This document shows positions 9,038 through 15,651 of a stretch of DNA of 27,982 nt, one piece after another; position 1 is the first letter of the stretch; the number at the start of each line of letters is the position of its first letter. The translations under genes and the position numbers were made by a program. The DNA is from a virus (lineage: Duplodnaviria; Caudoviricetes). Location of the stretch: the IMG/VR virus record IMGVR_UViG_3300049016_000021, positions 1-27,982 of that record. The stretch is one strand, 5' to 3'. Under the pieces are notes generated by a model. That model did no database searches and had not been told where the DNA came from. It saw only the letters and a list, made by a program, of their open reading frames with translations.

Positions 9038-9071
9038 GGAATAGGAGAGTGAGAATTACAGCCTCAAACAA

Positions 9072-9722
9072 TCAATCTTCGGTGACCACTAGCGCCCCGC
9101 CGGCAAACGTGACCGTGTCGCCTGTCGTGATAGGCTTCGCCTCAATCTTCGCGACCAGGCCCGCGCCCGCCGCGGTAATATTGATCGCGGCGCCGCCCTG
9201 CGTGGCCGAAAGCGAGAAGGTGTCACCGGAAACACTGATCACAAAATAGGTCGTGCCCTCGGAAAGCCCTGTTGGCAGAGTCGCGCCGGGAATCGACAGC
9301 ACTCTCACCTGATCATCGTTAACCAAGGTGTGGCCCGGCGCCGTCAGGAGGTCGGCGACAGTCGCCGTGAAGATCTTCCCCGCATCGCTTCCCAGCCATC
9401 CCCAATAGAGCAGATTGCCGGATGTTGAAGCGTCGAAGAGGCCGAACGCGACGACCGTACCCCATGGCGCGGTCGGAGTGACGAAGGATTGCGAGACTGC
9501 GAGATTCTTCGATCCGCCGGAAGCTGCCGGGAAATTCGTGGAGTTATTCGTGACCGACTTGCGCGCGTATGACCCGCCTGTCACTTCGGTTCCACCACCG
9601 GAGTCAGAGGGCGCCGCGGTAAAAAGCGCGAGAAAGACGTTCGCCGGCGCTGTATACGCAGCGTTCCCTAATACGTGGTCAAGTAGCTCTAACTCAAGAA
9701 AATCAGACTTACTGCCTGGCAT
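9072..9722 (-). CDS. Virion fibre/decoration protein with inserted small beta-barrel domain
   Basis: S.FLE..LLDH....AYTAP..V.LALFT..P.D..GTEV.GGSYAR pattern, plus an insertion GHTL..DDQV...LPTGL....TYFV. Confidence 0.7.
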   Translation of the reverse strand: MPGSKSDFLELELLDHVLGNAAYTAPANVFLALFTAAPSDSGGGTEVTGGSYARKSVTNNSTNFPAASGGSKNLAVSQSFVTPTAPWGTVVAFGLFDASTSGNLLYWGWLGSDAGKIFTATVADLLTAPGHTLVNDDQVRVLSIPGATLPTGLSEGTTYFVISVSGDTFSLSATQGGAAINITAAGAGLVAKIEAKPITTGDTVTFAGGALVVTED

Positions 9723-9734
9723 AACTTTCTCCCC

Positions 9735-11459
9735 TTATGACGCCGCGTCCGTCGCGCCTTTTTGAAATGAAATCGTGCCGATAATCGGCGTTTGAACTGT
9801 TGATTGATCCGTGATCGGCTGAATGTCGAAGTGGTACGGGCTGATAGGTTTAATCTCCGCCCATTCGCTGTCTTGATGCCGGATGAGAAAATATCCGGTC
9901 GCCGTTCCGCTGGAACCGTTCGCCGTGATCTGGCCTTCGACGCTAAGGACGGCCGTAATCTCGCGCTGAATGATCGCCGCAGCGTCAGCATCATCAAGCG
10001 ACCGCTTGACCGTGAAATAAGCCTTCGCCAGCACTACGCCCGCCGGCCAGTCGGTCAGCTCGAATGCGATCTCGGTGTCATCCCCGATGACGTAATCTTT
10101 TAGCCTCACGTTCTTCGCGATCATATTGTTAGCAGATATCACGACAGGGTTTCTTATTTTGCCGATAGCGGCGATAGGAGCCGTCTTCATCGAGCCGCGC
10201 AGCAGCGCTCTTACAATCCCGACAACCTCAGTGACCAGGGGCGGAAAGCTAGCTCGAACGGTCGCGCCGGCACGAACCACTGACGAAAGGACGCGCAGCG
10301 CGCCTGCCGCCGATTGCGCCGTCGAACGTCCAGCGACTCGCGCCGTCAGGTTGCGGACTATCGATGCCGTCCCGTTCGTTCTCGTCCGTCCATCCGCCCG
10401 TCCGCTCAGATTACGAACTATCGAGAGCGCGCCTTGAACCGACGAACGCCCGGCTATCCATCCGGTTAGGGCCATAACGGCCGCCGTTCCAACATTGCCG
10501 ATTGCGTTCGAGCGGCTGGCGACTGCGCTCGCAAGTGATCGCAGTGCGCCAGCTGCCCCTTGAGTCGACGAGCGTCCCGTAACCGTTCCGGTGAGGTTGC
10601 GAGTGATCGAAGCCGCGCCATTTGCTCGCGCTCGACTTGCGACGTTGCTAGCCAAAGGGCGCAGGGCGGAAGCCACGCTGGCGATCCGGCCTTGTCCTTG
10701 CGCCCTGCCGTTGAGCGCTCGGACTATCGAGAGAGCGCCTTGAGATGATGCGCGGCCAGCAATCACGCCGTCCAACGCTACACTTCCGCCAGCCACTGCG
10801 GCCGGAATAAATATCCGCCTCGCCCCCTGCTTCCAAGCCACCGGCGGGCCATCCTCCAGAGTTAGGGTTCCATTGGTAGTCAAGTTTCGCCCGTTGCCGG
10901 AATAATCCACGGCGCAGCCCGCGACCGAGTTATCGGCCATCGGATACCAAGCCCAGAGATTCGCCGTGCGGACTGGGGCGTACTGGCGCATCTGTTGCTG
11001 TATTTCAGCATCCGTCAGCGCCGCTTCGTAAATTAAACAACCCCCAATCCTGCCATCGAGATTGTTGGTTGTGAATTGTGAGTTACCGAGCCAGAAGCGA
11101 GTGGAGGTGAATGCCGCGGCGGATTGCGTTGTGTCGGCAACCCCATTTAAATACCCCACCAAATTGCCACCGCTACGGACTATCGCAAGGTGGTACCATG
11201 TGGCCAAGCTGAGCGCTGAGCCTGTGTCGCTGACATCCGATCCGCTATTGTTGGACTCGGTGTAATTCAAGCCCCCGCTCGTCAGGATGCCGGCGATGAT
11301 GTAATCGGTATCAGCCGCTCCTGCAATCGAGAACCAGTTGCCCAGGCCAGATGGCCGCGAAATCTGATACACCCAGGCCATCGCCGTGAGCGTCGCCTGA
11401 CTCGGGGCGGACGCTGTGCGGGTGAAGAAATCGGCGGAATTGTCGAATCTTATTGCCAA
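9735..11459 (-). CDS. Virion fibre protein: LamG/ConA-like lectin domain, about 20-aa repeat shaft, C-terminal BppU-like beta-sandwich
   Basis: TAMAWV, WYHLAIVR, YLNG, LDGRI, ALTDAEI and DYSGNGR LamG motifs. Repeats at about 10245-10775. C-terminal GDD...F...AYFTVK...Y.FDIQ...G.I. Confidence 0.78.
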   Translation of the reverse strand: MAIRFDNSADFFTRTASAPSQATLTAMAWVYQISRPSGLGNWFSIAGAADTDYIIAGILTSGGLNYTESNNSGSDVSDTGSALSLATWYHLAIVRSGGNLVGYLNGVADTTQSAAAFTSTRFWLGNSQFTTNNLDGRIGGCLIYEAALTDAEIQQQMRQYAPVRTANLWAWYPMADNSVAGCAVDYSGNGRNLTTNGTLTLEDGPPVAWKQGARRIFIPAAVAGGSVALDGVIAGRASSQGALSIVRALNGRAQGQGRIASVASALRPLASNVASRARANGAASITRNLTGTVTGRSSTQGAAGALRSLASAVASRSNAIGNVGTAAVMALTGWIAGRSSVQGALSIVRNLSGRADGRTRTNGTASIVRNLTARVAGRSTAQSAAGALRVLSSVVRAGATVRASFPPLVTEVVGIVRALLRGSMKTAPIAAIGKIRNPVVISANNMIAKNVRLKDYVIGDDTEIAFELTDWPAGVVLAKAYFTVKRSLDDADAAAIIQREITAVLSVEGQITANGSSGTATGYFLIRHQDSEWAEIKPISPYHFDIQPITDQSTVQTPIIGTISFQKGATDAAS

Positions 11460-11471
11460 AAGGCCACGCCC

Positions 11472-11975
11472 TTATGTATCGCTGTAGGAGACTTCCGCCT
11501 CAATGAACAAGGCATCGCCCGTCATCGTGTCACCGCCCGCTGCTGCATCGCGGTAGAGCGCGAGCCAGAATGTATCGTTCGCCGCAATGGAATCGAGGTT
11601 GGAGATGGTTATAGAGCACGTCATCTCACGTTTCGCGGTGGTTCCTAAATGCGTATCCGTGACGGTATTCGCCGTCGCAAGGGCTTTTGTGCTGACGTCC
11701 TGGCTGTCGGTATCCGGAGTAATCGCGGCCAACTGCGCGCCCCAGATGACGTCGCCCGAGGTCGCGGTATCGCCCGCCCAGCGGATGACTAGGGTTAAGT
11801 TGCCGGAACCATAGTTGATGGCCTTCAGCTTGAAAAATGCCGTTTCCTTCGTGGCCGCGTCGAAGGCGAGGCAAGAAACAGGGAATGCGGTTCCTAACAG
11901 CTTTTGATACTGCGGAAAATTCGCGGCTAAGACTTGCGCCTCTTCTGGTTGGAGTAAGGTTTTGACAGTCGCCAT
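11472..11975 (-). CDS. Putative virion structural beta-sandwich protein
   Basis: 167 aa, Thr/Ala-rich beta pattern (LAFD...E, L.RDAA..GDT..GDA), in the fibre cluster. Confidence 0.6.
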   Translation of the reverse strand: MATVKTLLQPEEAQVLAANFPQYQKLLGTAFPVSCLAFDAATKETAFFKLKAINYGSGNLTLVIRWAGDTATSGDVIWGAQLAAITPDTDSQDVSTKALATANTVTDTHLGTTAKREMTCSITISNLDSIAANDTFWLALYRDAAAGGDTMTGDALFIEAEVSYSDT

Positions 11976-11978
11976 AAA

Positions 11979-12230
11979 TTACACCCCCGCTCCCCAGCGT
12001 TTATTGGACGTCGCCGAAAGCATTGAGGCTTTAGCCGGAGTGCTGAGAGCGGTGCGCGCTGGAAGCGGCAATGCCGCATTCATCGTTGTGGCGTTGTCCG
12101 ACAAGAATTGATCTATGGCGACAAACGCCGCTCGTAAATTCGCCTTAGTGCAGCCGTCAACTTGAATCCGATTGTCCCTCATCCACTGCGCCATCAGATC
12201 ATCTATCTGTTGCGCGGTCATTACCGCCAT
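11979..12230 (-). CDS. Hypothetical phage protein (83 aa)
   Basis: Start reassigned to ATG 12230 after a GGAGG RBS just downstream of the OMP stop. Confidence 0.7.
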   Translation of the reverse strand: MAVMTAQQIDDLMAQWMRDNRIQVDGCTKANLRAAFVAIDQFLSDNATTMNAALPLPARTALSTPAKASMLSATSNKRWGAGV

Positions 12231-12243
12231 TGCAATACCTCCG

Positions 12244-12993
12244 TCAGTGGTAAACCAGGCCAAGCCGAAACGCGACAACCGCGTCGGTTTCGTAATAATT
12301 GTCGCCAAAAGCTTTCAAAGGAAATTCTTTGTATTTGTAATAGGAGCCTTCGGCGCCGAAGAAAGCCGAGAACCGCCCGCCAATCGGCTTGATATATTCC
12401 TCGCTCACCCGCCAGCCTTCGAGGTAGGAAGGGTTGAGCGTGCCCCTATGCTGCAACGGCTTGATCCGCGCCATGGGCTTGGAAGCGGTGATGTACGGGA
12501 AGTCTCGGACTTTGAACTCTTGAAATATCCGCGTGACGGCGACGCGATGATTGCCAAGGTATTTAAACCTCGCCCCAGCACTCACGAGCGGGCTTATACC
12601 GCTGTGATAATGATTGTCTTTGCCGCCGGGTTCGGACGGAAAAACCTGATAAATAAAATCCCCACCGGCGGATATGAAAGCATGAAGTGGGCCAAGGTAG
12701 AGCAGTGTTAAATCAGCCTCCGGACGCGCAAAAACCTCATAGCCGTCCTGCTTAAACCCCATCGCGCCTTCCTGAAACAGCGTCGGCAGTTGCGGCTGTG
12801 TCCGAATGCCGCCGAGGCCGCGAAAGTGGAATGAGCCAACTTGTTTCTGCCCGACGCCAAAGAGTTCAACGGGCGTGGGCGTGAAATCAGATGTGGAACG
12901 AGAGACACCGATCCCAGCGCCGATATAGGTTTGAGCGGTAGCGGGAACAGCCAAGGCCAAAATGAATAAAAGGGAGAGCGAAATACGTTTCAT
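12244..12993 (-). CDS. Putative outer-membrane beta-barrel protein
   Basis: Sec signal peptide MKRISLSLLFILALAVPATA-Q. Alternating Gly/aromatic strands (YIGAGIGVS, FISAGGDFIY, VSAGARF, FFGAEGSYY) and terminal strand FRLGLVYH. Confidence 0.75.
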   Translation of the reverse strand: MKRISLSLLFILALAVPATAQTYIGAGIGVSRSTSDFTPTPVELFGVGQKQVGSFHFRGLGGIRTQPQLPTLFQEGAMGFKQDGYEVFARPEADLTLLYLGPLHAFISAGGDFIYQVFPSEPGGKDNHYHSGISPLVSAGARFKYLGNHRVAVTRIFQEFKVRDFPYITASKPMARIKPLQHRGTLNPSYLEGWRVSEEYIKPIGGRFSAFFGAEGSYYKYKEFPLKAFGDNYYETDAVVAFRLGLVYH

Positions 12994-13021
12994 TGTTTTC
13001 CTGTGGGGCGGTTGTATTTAT

Positions 13022-13135
13022 GGGCGAGCGCCGATGTGCCCCGTACCCGACGCCCGCCCGAATTCTGGTAGCAGATGCGGTAGATCCTCACTAACGCCCG
13101 ACCCGCCCGCCAGAACCCAGTGAGCCCATGCTCAC
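13022..13135 (-). other. Structured intergenic leader: two long G-U-containing hairpins overlapping two G-quadruplex motifs
   Basis: Stems 13022-13034/13047-13059 and 13063-13115 pair better on the minus strand. G3 tracts at 13039-13059 and 13097-13127. Confidence 0.55.
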
Positions 13136-13584
13136 TTTCCAATACCGATAAGAATGGCGACGACCGCAGCCGTGCCGGCGATCAACGCGAATTTGCGCGA
13201 GCGTGAGAGCTTCTTTTCTAAACTCACAATCCGCCCCTCCTGCAACGCGATCTTTTCGAGCGCTGCTGATTTGGCCTCCCGCTCAGCCGCGATTACCGTC
13301 TCAAGTTCTTGCGACCGGGCTTCGCTCAACATTTGCAACTTCCGGAGCGAATCTATTTCGCTACGCGCCAGCTCGATCCGTGCGTCAGAGGCAGCGACTT
13401 GGGTTTCGTACCCAGCGATCAACTCTCGCGCTGCTTTGAGTTCCCGCGCTGCCGCTGTACAAGCCCGGCCCAATCTGGAGCACGTATCACTTGCAGGAAT
13501 AGCCGACGAGTCGCTCGATTTCTGTGCAAGCGTCGGGACAGGAAATAGGAGTAAAAGGCACAGGAACAATGCGAGTGTTTTCAT
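13132..13584 (-). CDS. Spanin-like periplasmic coiled-coil protein (signal peptide plus C-terminal TM)
   Basis: MKTLALFLCLLLLFPVPTLA-Q, long coiled coil, C-terminal FALIAGTAAVVAILIGI. Overlaps the upstream gene by 98 nt, like Rz/Rz1. Confidence 0.6.
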   Translation of the reverse strand: MKTLALFLCLLLLFPVPTLAQKSSDSSAIPASDTCSRLGRACTAAARELKAARELIAGYETQVAASDARIELARSEIDSLRKLQMLSEARSQELETVIAAEREAKSAALEKIALQEGRIVSLEKKLSRSRKFALIAGTAAVVAILIGIGK

Positions 13585-13933
13585 AGACTTCCTTGAGGAT
13601 TTTGGTTTTACCCTGCGCGGTTTTTAAATTGGCGTCAGCGGCGTCGGCGCGGAGCTGAAGATCTTTCAATTCAGCCTTGCGGACATCTATCTCAACTTCC
13701 AGCTTAACCGCGCGCGCCTCGGCGGCCTTGGCCTTGGCGTCAGCGTCATTAAATTGCTGTTCCAGCGCCTGAACGCGCTTCTCGTAGCGCCAGGATTGGA
13801 TCTTCTCGACGGCGGCAAAGATCAGGAAGACAAGAGCCAAGATGGCCGCGACGGTCAGCAAGATTCGAATCAGCCTCGCGCGGTTTTCATAAGCCCACTG
13901 CCGGACGCGAAAGAGAAAATTACTCAACATCAT
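13487..13933 (-). CDS. i-spanin (Rz)-like protein
   Basis: N-terminal TM ILLTVAAILALVFLIFAAV, coiled coil, C-terminal cysteines. Lies in the lysis cassette. Confidence 0.65.
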   Translation of the reverse strand: MMLSNFLFRVRQWAYENRARLIRILLTVAAILALVFLIFAAVEKIQSWRYEKRVQALEQQFNDADAKAKAAEARAVKLEVEIDVRKAELKDLQLRADAADANLKTAQGKTKILKEVYENTRIVPVPFTPISCPDACTEIERLVGYSCK

Positions 13934-14337
13934 TTCGCCTCCTGATTTGGCAGCGACATAAACTTCACGATCACGTAAAGCCTCTCGGCCTTCTTGATCG
14001 GCTGCAGATCGATGGCGACCGGGAAAGAGTCCCCGTCCAGTGTCAACGCGCGCAGCTTCATCATTGCATCGCCCATCGCGCGCGGCCGGGGATTCCTCGC
14101 GTAAGCCTCGACATGCTTCAGGTGCTTTCCTCTCAACTCAGACGGGATCAAGCCTTCGAACGGCGTACCGTTTAGGCCGTTTTTCACGCGACAAGAAAAT
14201 AATTTCTCAGCCGCGCCCGTCGCGTAAACAATCCTGCCGGTCGTCAGGTCCACTACGAGCGCAGCGGTATTACTGGACACCTCGGCTAAAAATTCAGACT
14301 CGGTTAAAAGCAACTGCGCGGTTAAAAAGTCTTCCAT
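13930..14337 (-). CDS. Standalone PAS-domain protein, FixL heme-PAS-like
   Basis: ALVVD..GRIVYA..AAEKLF......L.G.....LIP..LR..H..H...Y...P..RAMG....L.A...DG..FPVAI.L.P. Alternative TTG start at 14343. Confidence 0.85.
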   Translation of the reverse strand: MEDFLTAQLLLTESEFLAEVSSNTAALVVDLTTGRIVYATGAAEKLFSCRVKNGLNGTPFEGLIPSELRGKHLKHVEAYARNPRPRAMGDAMMKLRALTLDGDSFPVAIDLQPIKKAERLYVIVKFMSLPNQEAK

Positions 14338-14339
14338 TT

Positions 14340-14699
14340 TCAATGCCCCGACAGCGCCTTGATGATTTGCCAGACGCCGAGAATTGTTGACAGGATTGAT
14401 GCGAACCAGCCAAACGCCTTGGCGGCCGTGAGCGCGCGTTCGAGTTCCCCGATGCGCCTGTCCTGCGCCTCAATCTTTGCCGGCAGGTTGCGATCCTGTT
14501 CTAGTGTCGTGGTTCGCACCATGAATTCAGTCAGAGTGCCTAGCCGCTTCCCTAAATCGGCGCAATCGTCGCGCACGCCCTTGACTTCTTTTTGGAGCGA
14601 TAACACGAGTTCGTAAATCAGATGAGTTTCCACCTGTTCGCCTTGAGCTACCATGCCCCTAATTCCTGGGGGGAGTTGTTGGACTTGGTTTTGAGCCAT
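14340..14699 (-). CDS. Coiled-coil protein with a single C-terminal TM (holin/antiholin-like)
   Basis: 119 aa. Soluble coiled-coil N-terminus and TM FGWFASILSTILGVWQII. Lies in the lysis cassette. Confidence 0.6.
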   Translation of the reverse strand: MAQNQVQQLPPGIRGMVAQGEQVETHLIYELVLSLQKEVKGVRDDCADLGKRLGTLTEFMVRTTTLEQDRNLPAKIEAQDRRIGELERALTAAKAFGWFASILSTILGVWQIIKALSGH

Positions 14700-14709
14700 T
14701 TAAGGCGGG

Positions 14710-14737
14710 AGTATGGCGGGAAGGCTGAGTTTATTTT
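14710..14737 (-). promoter_or_regulatory. Putative late promoter inside the lysis cassette
   Basis: AAAATAAA-14 nt-CATACT-10 nt-ATG, no SD. The motif contains the TAA stop of the holin-like gene. Confidence 0.72.
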
Positions 14738-14952
14738 GCTCGCATCTCTGCTTTCAGATCCTCCACGGTTGAGCCGGCGGGTAAGCTCAATGCGGTGAGC
14801 TTTTCGCGCATGTGGAACTTGCCGAGTATGAACTTCTCGACCAATGACCAGCCAATCGCGCTGGCCGCCACGGGCAGGAGAGATACCACCTGGCTACTCG
14901 TTGATTCGTCGATTACCTTGCGGGAAACGAGCCAAGTTAGGCCGGTCACCAA
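14731..14952 (-). CDS. Putative holin (two hydrophobic segments), start uncertain
   Basis: ..LLVTGLTWLVSRKVID...VVSLLPVAASAIGWSLVEK..; directly after the endolysin. Only a TTG start is available. Confidence 0.6.
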   Translation of the reverse strand: MVTGLTWLVSRKVIDESTSSQVVSLLPVAASAIGWSLVEKFILGKFHMREKLTALSLPAGSTVEDLKAEMRAK

Positions 14953-14969
14953 GAGGTTGCGCGCGATGC

Positions 14970-15524
14970 TTATTTGGAGAATTTGGCGTAAGCCTGAGCC
15001 ATTTTGGTGTGATAAGCATTCAAAACGTAGGCGGAACCATTGTAAATCCGCGCGAATCCGCGCCAGTCTAGTTGCCGCAATTCGTCTTCCAGATCCTTCG
15101 ACTTTATAAACGCGACGAACGCGCCGAGTTGGCCGGCCTCGGTCAGCATAGATTCAACAAAATCCTCAACGGTTTTAAATCCGCACACCGCATAATTGAA
15201 TCCGCATATCTGAAACGCGCCGTAAGACGCCGAGAGCTGAGCCGCTACCGGGTCGAGGGTGAACGCCTCTTCCAGTCGCCCCCATTCCCCGGCGCCGCCC
15301 TTGTAGAGCTTGCGGTTCCATTCGGGGCTTGAGATATGCGGGTGAGATTTGTCGAAGCGGCCTTTGGTGTATCGGCTAAAGATGTGACTTTCGAAAAGGA
15401 TTTTTACGCGACCGTCGGGCAGGAAGCCGTCGCCGGCGGATTCGACGGACGCGACGGCTTTTAAAGCGGCGACTTCACAGCCTAACTCTTCAGCGGCTTT
15501 TGCATAATCTTCGTCGGTGAGCAT
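14970..15524 (-). CDS. Endolysin, N-acetylmuramidase (DUF3380 family)
   Basis: A..LGCEVAALKAVASVESAG.GF, KILFESHIF, SASYGAFQICGFN, W..FARIYNG..Y..N.Y..K. Confidence 0.93.
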   Translation of the reverse strand: MLTDEDYAKAAEELGCEVAALKAVASVESAGDGFLPDGRVKILFESHIFSRYTKGRFDKSHPHISSPEWNRKLYKGGAGEWGRLEEAFTLDPVAAQLSASYGAFQICGFNYAVCGFKTVEDFVESMLTEAGQLGAFVAFIKSKDLEDELRQLDWRGFARIYNGSAYVLNAYHTKMAQAYAKFSK

Positions 15525-15530
15525 GGGCGG

Positions 15531-15558
15531 AGGGTATTTGAGACGTAGGCTTTATTTT
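15531..15558 (-). promoter_or_regulatory. Putative first late promoter, leaderless endolysin mRNA
   Basis: AAAATAAA-14 nt-TACCCT-6 nt-ATG. No SD. Confidence 0.75.
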
Positions 15559-15562
15559 GCGA

Positions 15563-15594
15563 AAGGGCGCCGCCCGTTGCCAGACAGCGCCCTT
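15563..15594 (-). terminator. Hairpin ending the early/middle operon
   Basis: AAGGGCGCTGTCTG-GCAA-CGGGCGGCGCCCTT: 14-bp stem with 3 G-U pairs and a GNRA loop, short U-tract. Confidence 0.7.
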
Positions 15595-15651
15595 GCCTCA
15601 GCCATACCAATAGAGACAATGGCTTAGGAAGTGAGTGGATGATAGCGGAAA

